This document shows positions 24,041 through 37,564 of a DNA stretch of 64,000 nt, piece by piece (the stretch's first letter is position 1; every line of letters starts with the position of its first letter). Position numbers and translations under genes: made by a program. The notes below the pieces were generated by a model, which was given only the letters and a program-made list of their open reading frames with translations, was not told where the DNA came from and searched no databases. Origin of the DNA: Rebecca billardiae RCC1528 (Eukaryota; Protista; Haptophyta); contig OZ251239.1 in assembly GCA_965240325.2 (NCBI GenBank), positions 434,001 to 498,000 on the forward strand, in the 5' to 3' direction.

Positions 24041-24536
24041 TATCAAAGTCTCAACTCTCATATTACCCACTACTCACTACTGCGAAGGCCGTACTTGCCT
24101 ATTATCGAGAATACCGCCGTATCCGTCGTCAAGTAGGGTAAAACCTGCCGCTCGACACAGTTGAATAGAAACTTGAAATTATAATAATATGATCATCACT
24201 ATGATCCCGTTGACGAAAGCACTCGTCCGCAGCCTCGAGATCAAACTCAAGCTTATGAGTTATGATATCATAGTTGCAGCGGATGAGCTCCAGAGCGGAT
24301 TCGAGAATCGGGCCGATCGCCCGATCCATCGCAAAGATGTCGTCTAGCATGAACAGCATGAGCGACAGCAGCGTCGGCCCGGGCCGTTCCGCGCAGATAA
24401 TCTCGGCGGTCGGGTCCGCGAATCAGTGCATTAGATCGCTGTGGGGGTGCGTACGGATAGCTTGTGAGTGGTTATAATGATGTCATCCTCGTTGGCTTGT
24501 CCGCCCCGTGCCGGCGTCATCGCCTCCCGGCTCAGA

Positions 24537-25095
24537 ACTCAGAAGGCTGGGCGTGTGTGACGCGTCATGACGTGACGTCACGTCATGACGTCATGACGTG
24601 ACGCGAGGAGTGGCGTAACGTGACGCCCGGACAGCGCTCTGCCCACGCCTGGCACACCCGGACTCACAGTAGTGCCACAGGCGGCTGCGCGCGCGCGCGC
24701 GCCGGGCGCGCCGCGTCGGCGCCGCGCGGTGGCGGCTGACGGGCGGCGGTGCAGCCCTGCCCCATTCGTACCAGCTCGTGGATCCTCCAGCTCCACGGCC
24801 ACATGGTGCGGGAGCGGGAGCCCTCGCCTTTGGGCGACGAGCCCACCTCCTCTGTGCGGTCCGGCCAGCCGGAACCCGGCGCACTCCCTTACGGACGAAA
24901 CTGTCAATGTCAACGACTGATTAGTTTCTTATAACACCAATCACAAGAATAATACGACATACGTAACGGACGAAACGGTCACCGCCAAAAGACGTGTTGC
25001 TATGACGCGTAAATGACGCGTAAAACGCATGACGTCATGACGTGACGCTAGAAATGGGCGTCATGACGCGTCATAGGGTCCCAGGCCTGCTGAGT
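24537..25095. mobile_element. Probable degenerate non-autonomous TIR element with TGACG subterminal arrays
   Basis: Dense tgacgt/tgacgc/catgacg arrays at ~24558-24625 and ~25003-25073. Imperfect inverted ends actcag(a/c)aggc(c)tggg. No clean TSD. Confidence 0.45.
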
Positions 25096-26198
25096 CAGAA
25101 TGACGGCGCCGCCGGATTCCGCGCTTAGGCGGCACTGGTCCGGCTGGAACCGCCGCACCGCGGGCTGAGGGGCGGGGGCGAGGGCGACTTCGATGAGCGC
25201 AGTCCTGGTGCTCCATACTGTCCGATCCGCTGGCTGTTTGGCGTGCGCGCGGGTATATATATATATGTATACTAGTCCTCGCTCAGCTGCAAATCAATCG
25301 CATCGACCGTCGTGCGCCTCAGGCCAGCGGGGCGCGGACTCAGTCAGACAAGTGCCGCTCGCGTGTGCCACTGGTCGCCGTAGGCGAAGCGAGGTCCGGA
25401 CGAGGAGCAAGCTACCGGGCGCAGAGCCAAGCATGACAGCGTTCCGATGCTGCGCAAGCAACGCGTCGCCTTCGCACGGCAACTCGACGGCCGCAGCGGA
25501 GGCAGCGCCGGCCCCGCGCAGTGCGCGCGGCGGCGATGCATTATTTTTGTAGTACTGTGGGGCTCCACATTCTTTACTACATCCTCATCCTGTCGGCGCG
25601 CTGTCGCATCGGCGCCCAGTCGGCGAGTTCGGACGACGACGTTTTGTGGACGACGGTGGGGCGAGGACGACGGGCGCTGGCGCGCCGCGAGGCGGCCGCA
25701 GCCCTCATCCAGGCCTCGCAGGCGGACGGCTGAACGAATCTTCCGGCGGCGCTACCATCGGCGACGGCTTCATGGGCGGTGACAGTTGGCGGGCGTCAAT
25801 CTCGCCTGCCTGAGCTGTGTGCGTCTCTTATTCTTAGTAAACTGTATACAGTTTAGGGAATCCTCCGGAAGTCCGACGAGGACCGACCGAGCAACCAGAA
25901 CTCCGACAAACCTCCGCATCTCAGCACGGCGATTTCCGGACTGGCACCCCCGCCAGTTTTCCGACGGCCAGAAGCTTCGGGAGCGAGCAAATGGCGCCGC
26001 TCGCCCGCAACGCGGAAGATACCGCTCGCGGCGAACCGGCGCGAACGCCCGCCTTGTATTCGGGCGGAGTACCCTAATGAGCGGGGGTGGGCACTTTCGT
26101 ATTGCGCGCAGCCTGACGCCCACCCGCGACGAAACGACGCCGTCGACTCCTCCCGCCCGGACCGCCGCCGGAACGTTGCTCGTCAATTAGTTAGAGAA

Positions 26199-29100
26199 AT
26201 GCGACGCCGGGGGGCGCGCCGCAAAACTTGCTCCCGAGCTCGCCACGAGGGAGGGCTGGGCGTGAGCACGACGTTAAGGGGGTACGCCTTCCACGCGCGC
26301 GGGCGTCGTGCGCGCGCCGCGCGGTCGCGCGCGGCGCATCGCGCACACGCACCGACCGTTCTTGTTCCCTGCGGCCTCCCCTCGCAGGAGTTCCCCCTTC
26401 TCGCATCCGAGTCGGTCTGAGGCGTCGACGGTCGCCGGCCGCGACGAGCAGGCAAGTCGCACTCGTGATTCGTGAATGGTGCGAGGTCGCGGTGGGCCGG
26501 GGCGGGTGTGTGTGGTCGGCAGCGATGTTGGTGGCGTGCGCCGCCGCGCGCGCGCACACCGCACCACTCCCATGCGCCCCCGTCCCCTGTCTGACGATGT
26601 GCCCCGTGTGTGTGCTCGCGCGCGCCTGCGTTTGCCTCTCCGCCGCACGTGCTGGCACGTACCGCGCAGGCGGGCATGCGGCATGTGTCCGCCGGCCCCA
26701 GCAGTCAGGACGACCTGCTGCTCGTGGACGCGGTGATCGCAGCGGCTGACGACGCGTTGTGCACGCTGCAGTTCTCCTCGGCAGCAGCCCCGTGGACGTT
26801 CACCTTTGGTCTGGTGCTGTGCACCCTCGGCGTGGTCCACAGCACCGACGTGGGCCTTGGCGCCGCCGCCGCGCAGGTCACAGTGCCGCGCGTATGGGGT
26901 GGCAGCGGCGCCGACGCGCTGCTCACTGTGGTGGAGTGTGCGGAGTTGTTGGCTTCGCACCCGGACGCGCTGCGTGAGCGCGCGGACTCGGTGGCGCGCG
27001 TGTGCGCGGCGGCCCTTTGGTTCAGGGCCGTCGCGCAGATCGCCGTGCGCGCTGCCTGTGGTGCTTCCGCCGACGGGGCTCTGGCGGAGGAGGGCAGTTT
27101 CGCGGAGACGGCGCGACTGACGGCGTCCGCAGCGGCGCTCGGAGGGAAACCGGCGCCGCCGCCCGCAGGCACGTCCCACGCGCGCCGCTCGGGTGGCGCG
27201 GAGTCGCTGTCGCCGTCGTCCTCGGCGCCGACCCCAGGGCAGCACGCACGCGCCGCTGAGCACGCGCAGGGCGCATGCGCGTGGGCAGTGCGTGCGGCCT
27301 GGGCCGCCGCTCCGTTCCGGACGAAGCTGGCTCTGGCGGCGTTGTGCGCCCCCCGTCCGGATGCCCGCCCAGGTGCTGGGACTGGCGGAGGCGTCGACGA
27401 CGTGCTCCCGGCGACGACGGCGGCGGCGGCGGCGCCGTCGGGCGCTTGGACGGGCGCGCCCCCCCCGTGCCCGCCGCTGTCATGCCCGTCCGAGGCGGTG
27501 ATGTACTACGCGCGCGCCGTCTTCGGCGCGGACGCTGGCCAGTCCGAGCCTCTGTTCGTCGCCTTCGAGCGCGTGGCGTCGTGGCCAGCAGGCCGCAGCA
27601 GCCTCTGCGCGGACGCGCTGCGTGCGCGAGCGGCGGAGCTGCGCACGCAGGCGTACGCTGCCGTACGCGCGCTCTGCGCGCCCGTGCCGGCGCAGCCGCG
27701 CGCGTTCGTTCCCGCGTCGGCTGAGCAGGCACGCTGGCGCGACCAGCAGCTGCGTGCGGAACTCGAGAGCGCCCGCTTGGCGTGGCTCGGCGCCGTCTCG
27801 CAGGCCGTCGTGGGGGCCGGCGAAGGGGTGGCGGCAGATGGAGCGCCGCGCGCTGCCACGTCCGGCGCCGCCGCTGGACGTGACGCCGCCGTGCGCGCAG
27901 CCGCCGTCAGGCTGCGTGCTGCCGTGGTCGCCGACGGCCACGCCGGTCTTGCGGCCTTTGTGGCCGCGTGCGAGGACGGCTCGCTGCGCGAAGGGTGGCT
28001 GGCGCGGCCGTTGCTGCGGGCCGCCTCCACCATCGCCGAGCGCACCGTGTGGGCAGTGGTCATCCCGCTCGCGCCCGCGCTGGTGCACGTCGGCGAGGGC
28101 GCGCGTCTGCACCCCTTGCTCGACGCCACCTTCGCGCAGGCCCTCGTGGCCGGCGCGGCCGTCTCGCAGCCGCCAGTGACGCTGGTGCTGACGCTGTGCG
28201 GTGCGCACGCTGTCGTGGGCGCCGCTGCGCCGTGGCGCGACGAGGTGACGAGCGCGGCGTCGGGCGCGATGCGCCCTGCCTCCGCCGTGGTGGTGCCGCG
28301 CGCGCTGCCGCCTGCAGGCGAGCCGCCGCTGGGCGACGCGCTGGCGCCGACGCCTGCGGCGGCGCCCGCGCCCAGCCTCGACGACATGCTCGCGCATAAC
28401 GCCGCGGTTGGGCGCGCGCTGCAGGCCGCGTTTGGTGCCGCCGCTGCGGCACCGCAGCGTTTGGACATGGACATGGGCGTGCTGGTTGGCCCGTTGCGCG
28501 AGTACGTGCTGCAGCACGCAGGCCTCGGCGGGGACGGCGATGCGTCCATGCCCTTGCTGGATGAGGGTGGCGGCCTCCTGCGCACGGTGCACGCGTACCA
28601 GTCCGCGGACGCGGGCGGCGAGGCGGCCGCGCAGCGGCGCTGGGGGGTGGGCGACCACGGCTCCTCTGCGCGCTCGGTGCTGGGGTGCCGCGCCTTTGAG
28701 CGCGTGGTGGCGGCGCTGAAGGGCGTCGTGAGCTCGTTGTTCCGCGGCGACGCCTCTGACGGTGTCCGCGGCCTCGACGCGCTCGACCTCACGGCCTGGC
28801 ATGTCTTCGGGCGGCCGATGCGTCCGCCCGACGGGGGCCGCGGCACGTGCGACGACGGCGACGTCACGACGTACGGGTGGCACGTCGACGGCACGACCGA
28901 CGAGGACCATCTGTGGACGGCAGTGGTCCTCTTGCACTTGCCGCAAAGTGTGCCCACCAATCCCTTCCCGCTGCAGACGGTCGGCGCGCGCCCCCCCGGT
29001 GCGCGCGCCGACGCCGTGCCGCTGCACGGCGACGTTGCCCTGCAGGAAAGCGCAGGTGCAGTGCACATCTTCCCCGCCATGTGGCATCACCGCTCGGCCC

Positions 29101-32100
29101 CCAGTGCGCGCGCCGCGTCCTCGGGGTCCGTGCCGTCGTCCTCGCGCAAGAGGCCTACGCGTCAGGGTGCGGCGGACGCGCTCGTCCTGAAGGCTGTGTT
29201 CTCATTCGGGGGGCGGGGCCTCGCGGACACATTCCGCGCTTCGTTCACGCCGCCGCCGAGCGCGCCTCGCCCCGCCGCCACGCCGTGCGCGGCGCGCTCC
29301 GACCCGCCTCCCACGCCGTATCGGCTCGTGCCCGCCCTCGAGCGCGGGCTCCAGCACTCGTTTGAGACCAGGCTGCGCTGGGGGGCTGAGCCCACGCGCG
29401 CTGGCGCTGACGCCCGCTTCCGGCTCGGCTCGCCTGCGCACCACGAGTACGTCTCCCGCCTGGTGGTCGACCTGCCGACCGCGGCGCACGGCCAGCAGGC
29501 GCCGTCGGACCACGAGCAGCGGGCCTGGGCGCAGTCGGCGCTGCAGCTGGCGCTGCCCGTGTGCGCTGCCGACGGCGCGCAGCTCGCACATGAGCGCGCA
29601 GCGGCGCCTGCCGTGCCCCACGTCGTGGGGCTTGCGGGCGGCCACCCCGCGCCTCACGCCGACGGCGGTGGGCGCGCGCCCACCGCCGCGGCCGCGCACG
29701 GCACGGGCGCGCACGTGGGCGCCCCCTTTGACGAGGGCGCGCGGCCCCCACGCGCCGATGGCGTTGACGACCCGGCTGTCGGGCCGCGCGCGCCCACGGC
29801 CGTGCGTCGCCCCGACGCAGCGTCCGCCCCGCTGCGGCACACCGGCGCCCGCCAAAGCTCGAGCTCGGACGCGCCGGGCGCGCACGAGCCCGCGTCGCCG
29901 CGGCCTGGCGATGGGCACTCTTCGCCCGCTCGCGTGGCAACGCCAGCGCCGGGCGCACCCTGCGCTGCGGGCGACGCCGTGCCCTGCGTCGCGGTGACGG
30001 TGCCCGGCGCTGCTGTGTGCGCCGCGACGGCGCGCCCGCCACTCCACCCGGCGGGGCCGCCCCTCGACAGCAGCAGCGCGCGCGCGGTGATCGCGCAGCC
30101 GCCCGGCTGCGCCTCGCGCGCGCCGCCGCAGCCGCGCGGCGCCTCCGGTGGCGACGGCGGCAATGACGACGACGACGCGCGGCTGAGGGCCCTCCCTGCG
30201 CTGCCGCACGCAGGTGGCCTCTTGTCCGGCGGGGACCTCGCCCTGGCCCTGCACGCCGGCCAGCGTGCCCACCTCGGTGGCCACCTTGCCGACGCGTTGG
30301 CGACGGAGAAGTCGGCGCCCGCATGGGCGCGCGGTGGAGTGCCCCTCGTCGACGCGTCCGTGGGCCATAGGACGCACACGACGGCGGCCGCCCGCGGCAA
30401 CGCGCCGCTGTTCGCCCTGAGCGCGGACTGGCCGACGATGCGCGTCGGCGAGTCCGACGCCCGCGGCGAGCCGCTCGTCACGGACGCCGATCCCGCCAGT
30501 GCCGCCATCGACGTGCGCGACTGGGAGGAGGGCATCGCGGACGACGACTGCGCGGACGCCCGCGCGCGCGCGGCGCAGGCGGCACTGCAGGCGGACGAGT
30601 CCGCCGACAGCGACGCCGCTCGCGCGCGCGACCCGCTGGCTGCCCTCATGCCGTGTCCACCCATCGTCGCTCGCGCGCAGCCGCCCTCCACCGGTCCCGC
30701 CGAGCCCCGCGCCGGCCAGGCCGGCGCCCGGCTTGTTGCGCCGGAGTCGCTGCACCACGGCGGTGACGCCGGGTACTTCCGCTACTCCGCGCCGTCGAGC
30801 ACCTCGGCGAGCACGTCGGCGGCAGCGCACCGCCTCGAGCTCCGGCCCCTGGCACTGTGGAGGAAAATGGGCTTGCGGGCGCCGCGCCCGTACTCCCAGG
30901 TGAAGGCGGACGCCACCCTGCTCGAGCCCCCGATGGTGCGCCAGGTGTACCCGCGCCTCGCCGACGCGCTCACGCACGCCTCGGAGTGCGCGCTGCACCG
31001 GGGGGCCATGCCGCCGACGCGGCGCGTCGACCGCGCCAAGCTGACGATCGGATGCCCCACGCCCGGGTGCCCGTCCGTGGTGGTGGTGGGCCCGTCGAAG
31101 TACGTGGACACGTTTGGCGCGCCGCCGTGGGCCGTGCAACGCTCGGTCGCGCACGGCTCCATGTGCCGCAACCTGCGCATGGGCAAGGGGTCCGAGGAAC
31201 ACCCCATCGGCTCGCTGCCGCGCCCGACCAACCAGCCGGGCGTGCGCACGACGCCGTACTCCCAACACGAGCTCGGGCGGGCGATCGTCGAGGACTGGAA
31301 GGCGCGCTTGGCCCGGCGCGGGACCACGCACGCGCAGCTGTGCTACGGCCCGCAGCAAGCACGAGAGGTCGCGCGCCAGCTGGACGCAGAGCTCCCCATG
31401 GGTGAATCGCTCATCGCGCGAGCGCACAAAGAAGCGCGCGCCGAGATCTACGGAGACGACACGGCCATGTCGCGCGACCTCGTGGCCGTGTGCGCGTCGC
31501 TGTCGCAGGAGGGCAACGAGGTCGCGCCCATCATCTTCCACGAGAACTCGGTCGAGGACGCGCTGCTGGCCATGTTCGGCCGCGTGCACGACGAGGTGCA
31601 GCAGGGGCTGCCGGCGGGCGCGCAGCGCGCGGCCTTCAACCCCGACGCGGCGGAGGTGCAGAAGGCGCTGGCTGACGTGCGCGGCAAGAAGGCAGTGGGT
31701 GGCTTCCACTACGTGCCCAAGCAGGCCAAGGCGCTTTACCGCGAGCACTTTCACGCGAAGGGCAACACGGCCGCGTTCAGCGACGCGTGCTTCCTGCACC
31801 GCCCCGCCAGCGGTGGCGCGAAGCGCGCGGGTGCGCGCGCCCGCCGCACCCGGGCACGCCCTCGCGACGCCGCGTGCGTCCGTGCCGCCTCAGCGCCCGC
31901 CCGTCTTACCTGCCCGCGCGCACGCACGCGCGCGACGCAGGCATGCTCTTCGTCACGCTGGCCGTGAACGCCAACCGGCAGCTGTTCGTCTTGTGCGTGT
32001 CGTACATCGTCGACGTGGAGTGCCTGGACTCGTGGTGCGCGCACGTCGGATACCTCATGCAGCACCTCGGCGGGGCGGCTGTGTGGGACGACCCCAACGG

Positions 32101-35100
32101 CGTCACCATCTCGGACGGCCAGAAGGGCCTGCGCGGCGCGTGGAAGCTGCTGTGCCCGCGCAGGCACCTCTTCCTGTGCACGTTCCACAAGCGCCAGACC
32201 TTCATCACGAGCTACGCACACTCGGCGAACGAGGTGCCCACCATCCTGCGCGTGTTCGACGCGTGCGTGGACGCGTTGACCGAGGAGGTGTGGGAGGCCG
32301 CCTGGGTGGAGATGCCAGAGTCGGCCAAGCGCATCCTCGACGTCATCCCCCGCGAGGAGCTCTTCCCGTGCTTCGCGCCGGTGTCCCTGCGCGGCTACGT
32401 GACGTCCGCGCCGGCGGAGTCCTTCATGCACTGGCTGCTGCCGGTGCGCAAGGCGCAGGGCCCGGTGTGGATGCTGCTCGACCTGCACGACAACCTCTTT
32501 CGCCTCTACGCGACGCACCGCAGCGTCGCCGTGCGCCACGCCCTGAAGCCCGACGCCGATGATGAGGTGCACGGGTTGCCGCCACGGCACCTGGAATACG
32601 TGCGCCAGCAGGTGAGCACGGCGCGCACGCTCTCTCAGGTGGAAGTGCACCGTGTCCTCGACGGGCCGCACGCAGGTGCCCTGCGCATGCTCAACACCAC
32701 GGACGGCTCGGCGCCGCGCCACGTGTACCTCGACGAGTTCCGGTGCTGCGCGTTGCTGCGCCGCAAGCGCCTGCCGTGCATGCACTTCTGCCGCGTGGCG
32801 ACCTCCGTCGGCAGTGCCATGGGCACGTGCTTGCCCGAGGACCTGCGCTGCGAGACGTGGTTCGCGCAGGTGGGCCTTCGGGTCGAGCGCGACGCCAACG
32901 ACACCCGGGTGGACACGCTCGGGCGCGTCGTGGCCATCACCAAGCTCGACGTCATCACACCGCCCCAGCGCCTGGAGGACGCCATTGCGGCTCTGCTGCT
33001 GCCCGCTCTCGCCAAGCGCGCCCTGCTCGAAAAGTACGTGGCCATGCCAGCGGTGCCCGCGCGCGTGGGCAGGCCCGCGTCCTCGGCGCGACGGCTGGCG
33101 TTCTGGGAGGGCCGCGCCGGGGCGCGCCACCCGCGCGCACCGCGCGCGCGCGCGCCGCGCGTGCAGTTGGGCAAATCCGCGGCGTCGTACGTGCGCCCCT
33201 TGAGGGAGCAAGCCCCGGACGGCGACTTCGCCCGGCGCGTGCGCGAAGCGCACCGCGACGAGCTCGCGCGTGTGCTCGAGGGGCTGCCGGAGCACCTGTA
33301 CGGCATCGCGCACACGCACGTGCTCGACGACACTAACGTGCTCGTGCGCGTGGCCGGCCCGCTCCGCGAGGGTGTGGTTGCGAACCAGCGACGTCGCCAC
33401 TTTGCCACGTACACGGCCGGCACGACCGCCGCCGCGCAACTGCGCTGCTGCGCGTGTTTCGACCCCGAGGCCGCGGACCTCAGCGCGGCGTGGCCGGCGG
33501 ACTCGCCGCCGATCGACCCCCGACTGGCGTGCCAGGGCTGCGCCTGCTTCATCCACTCGCCCGCGCAGTGCAAGTATGTGTGGCACCTCGGCGCGCTGGA
33601 CAGCGGGCTGTACATGTGCACGTGCTGCTACTTCCTGCTCGTCGCGGGGGCGTGGAAGCGCCTGCGCGAAGCGCGCGCAGCCGCGGCGGGCGAGGCGGCG
33701 GCGCCCGACGGGCCGCGCGGCGCGAGGCCGGAGGACGTGCCATACCACCGTATGCGCGGACAGCACGGCGGTGGGGCCGCGCGCGGCGACCCCGCGCGCA
33801 CCGCAGGCGCGCGCGGGGGCCGCGCAGGCGGCCGCGGGGGCCGCGGCGCGGCGGCGCCCGCGCCCGGGCGCGCGCAGCCGGCGGCCGCCCAGACGCGCGA
33901 CGGCGCCGCCGCGGCGGGCGCGGGCGCGCGCGGCGGCCCGCGCCGGCACTGCGCGCGCGCGATCGCCTCGCAGGCACTTGGCGGCACCGGCGTACGCATG
34001 GGCTTCGCGACGGCACCGATGCCAAACGCCGCCACGCAGCGGCCGGCCGCACCGCCTGAGGGCACGACGGGCCCGCGCAGTGGCGCGGACGCCGGCACGA
34101 CGCCCGCCGCGCGCGCGCGCGCGCACGCCGCGGAGCCGCTGCCGGCCACGGGCGACACAGTACCGCTGGCGGCGACTGAGCATCCCTTCCGCCCCCCGTG
34201 GCCCGGCGCCCACGCGCCACCGCCACCGGGTGCGCGAGTCCCTCGGGCGCGCGCGGGCGCGGCAGAGCCACCGGCGGAGGCGGCGGAGTCCGAGTCGGCG
34301 TACGCGCGCCTCGCTGACGACAGCGCCGCAGTGCTCGCGGCGTTGCAGCGCATACCTGGCATCGGTCGGGGCAGGGCAGACATGTTCATGTGCACTCGCG
34401 GCCTGTCAGCACCGTGGCGCACGCTCAGCGAGACGGCCGGTGACGCATTCGGCGCGTCCAGCGCGACGACGGGCAAGGTGCTGGCACAGTTTGCGCGCGC
34501 CGCCGCCGCCCCCGCCGAGCTGGCGCGCGCGCACGCGTCGCCCGCCGTGCCCGCCGAGGGCAGTGGCGGCGCGAGGGGCTCGGGCGGCGCCGCTCCGAAC
34601 GCGGCCTCCCACGTGTGGGCGCACGCAGGCGCACACGACGTCGCGGCGGCGGCGGCGGGCCTGGCGGACGTCCTGGCTGGCGGCGGCGGCGCGGGCGCAG
34701 GCGCCGCAGTCCAGGCGGGCGCCGCGGCTGGCACCTCCCGCGCGGGCGCGGGGGCCGCGTCTGCGCCGTGCGCGCCCAAGCGCCCTCGGACTGCGGCCGC
34801 CGCCGACGACGCGGGCGGTGCGGCCGCGGATGGGCGCCTGCCGCCGGCTTCGCGCCAGGCGGCGGGCGCCCGCGCGTCCACGGCGGGGCCATCGTCGGCG
34901 GCGCGGTCGGTGCCGACGCCGGGCCCAACGCGCGCAGGCGCCGACCTGCTGGGGACGGCGCGTGGCACGTCTGGTGCCGCGGACGACACAGCCGTCGCCA
35001 CCGCGGACGACGCGGTCGCCCACTTGGCGCGCACTGGTCTGCCGGTGCGCGACGCTGGAGCGCGCGCCGCTGGCGATGACCGCCACGCGCCGGTGCGCCT

Positions 35101-37564
35101 GTTCCACGCCGCCGACGCCGCCGCCGGCGCAGACGACCACGACGCCGAATTCGCCCGATTACGGCTCTGCTGCGCCCAGGCAGTGCTCGACGACCTCTGG
35201 GGCGCGGGCGCCGCACAGCCGTTGCCCGTGCCAGCCGACGGTGACGACGTGCTGCACGCGGTGCTCGCGCACGCGCACGCGCGGGCGCGTCCGCCCAGCA
35301 CGCTTGAGGCCCTGTGGTGGACGTGCTGCGCGCGGCGCCTGCGCGCGGCGGCCGCGTCGTGGCTGGCCGCGCACGCGCATGCCACGCCCACCGAGCACTC
35401 CGTCGGCTGGGGTGGCGCGCTGGGCCCGGCCGAGTCGGCAGAGGACCTGCGAGCGCAGGCGCGCTTCATCGGCTTGTGCGGCGCTGACGTGCGCGCACTT
35501 CCCCCGGAGAGCGCAGGTGGCGACGAAGCTGGGCAGGCGCGTTTGCGGGCTCTGCGCATGGTGGCCCCCGACGACTCGTCGTCGTGGCACACCCCCGACC
35601 AGCGCGTGCGCGATCTGGACGACGCAGTGACGCTGGCAGTGCGAGCGGCGGAGTACACGTGCGACGGGTACGTCAGCAGCCGGGGCAACACGTGCGATGG
35701 CCCTGAGTGGTACGCGGCAGTCGCTCGCGCCGCCGGCGTGCACCTCCTCGTCTTCGACATGGCCGACGCACGCCGAAGTCGCGACGTGCACGGCGTCGCC
35801 ATGCGTGAGCACGTGCGGTGGTATCCTCCGACGGCAGTGCGCGTGCCGCCGGCGCCGGCGGCGGCACGCGTTCGCGGGGGCGCCGGCGCGAAGCGCCGGC
35901 GCGCCGACACGCCCGACGCAGGCGCCGCGCACGCGGACGCACGTCCGCTGTGCGAAGCGCGCCTGAGCCTGGGACGCGAGACGCACGCACGCGTCCTGCG
36001 CACGCTCGACGTCGGGGCGATGGGCACCGGCTGGGTGGCCATCGTGCGCAACGTGTGTCCTCGCCGGCAGTTCTACGCAGTGGTTGCGCCGCAGGCCACC
36101 CCGCGCGCGCACGGGGTGTTGCCGGCGTCGCGCTGGAGTGCGTTCCAGCCGGCTGCGGACGCGCACGTGAGGCTGGCGTCCAGGCGGCGCGGGTGCGAGG
36201 TGGATGCGCTGGACCCGAGCGCGTTCGGCACCGAGGTGGTCCCTCTCGACGGCTCCGACGGGGCATGGCGGTGCGACGTGGGCTTGGGGCTGCGCCTGGC
36301 CTTGGGCGAGACCGCCGCTGACGTGACGGCGGAGCGGGCGGGTGATGCCGCGCCACGCGGCGCAGCCGCGCCGCGCGCCGCGGCGGCGACGGACGCCACC
36401 GTGGACGCGGGTGCGGCGGCGCCGGCGCCCGCCGGGCACGGGGCTGCGCCGGCTGCGGTGGCTCCGGCGGCCGCCGCACACGTGCACGCGCCGGTGGACG
36501 ACGCCGCGGTCCTGCTCGAGCGCCAGGGCTTCCCCGTGCTGCCCCTGCCGCCGGCGTTGCCGCCCGAGGCGCGGGCTGGTGCACAGACCGGAGCACCCGG
36601 CGGCGTGGATGGCGACGGCAACGTCGCCGCGGCCATCCGCGAGCTCTTCGGCGGCGGCACGAGCGTGCAGGACGTTCCCGGCGATGGCGACTGCTACTTT
36701 CACGCGTGGCTCGCGCACGACACGCGTGGCGTGCAGGCCGACCTGCCCGCCGCCAACGCGCGCGCGCAGACGCTGCGCGACGGCGTGTGCTCGTACCTCG
36801 CGTCGTGGGAGGACGAGCACGGACCGGGCGAGACGCTCGGCACGTCGTCGGCCACGGCGTCGGCGGCAAGCGCGCTCGGCATGCTTGGCGTCAAGCCAGC
36901 ATCCATCCCCCGGGCCCGCACCGGCCAAGGACTCGAAGTGCAGGACGAGGACTGGCAGGAGGTGCTGCCACTGCCACTGCGACATACTGGAGGCGTGCGG
37001 ACGCTGGGAGCAGCGGCGCGCGCGTACGCGCGCGGCGCCCGGTACACGGGCGACGGCGCTGGCGCGCATGCGGCGCGCGCTGGTGCGTGGTCGGCGTGGG
37101 GCTCGCACGTCGCGACGGCGCGCGCCACGGGCCTGCCGCTGGTGGTCCTTGAGCTGCGCGGCGGGGCTACGCCGGAGGAGGCGGCGTGGCGCGCGTTCAC
37201 CGACAACGTCTGGTTCTACCCCGTGCAGACGCGGCCGGGCCTTCGCTGGCGGCGGACTGACGACGGCGGGCGCAAGGGCAGCGTCGCAGTGAGCACGCAT
37301 GCGCACCTGCGCCTGCGTGACGAGCGCACGCGGCGCGCCTTGCAGCGTCTGGACGTCACGCAGTTGGGCACGACGTGGATGGCCGTGGTGTACGACGGCC
37401 GTTGCCACTTCGGCGCGGTGGTGTCGGCGACGGCGCCCCTGGAGGCGCGTTCGGCGCGCGACAACAACGAGGGGCGTCTGGCGCACTTCATGCGAGCTAC
37501 ATCACCCTTGCAGGAGTACGTTGAGTGCGCACCACGCCGCCTGAGCACGCCAGGTGCCAGCTAA
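26199..37564 (+). CDS. MULE transposase polyprotein, copy 1 (exons 26199-26281?, 26388-26451?, 26670-31830, 31941-37564)
   Basis: Intron 31831-31940 joins FSDACFL...KRAG to MLFVTLAVNANRQLF. Contains TISDGQKGL, LCTFH, TSAPAESF and PCMH. See copy 2 for domains. Confidence 0.88.

Noticed and set aside
24129-24359. 76-aa ORF with normal-looking composition
   Set aside because: Short, no recognisable motif, and lies among TE remnants.
20793-25855. Rhodopsin-HK gene as transposon cargo
   Set aside because: It lies outside the MULE TIR/TSD boundaries. It only appears between MULE copies because of the duplication across the gap.
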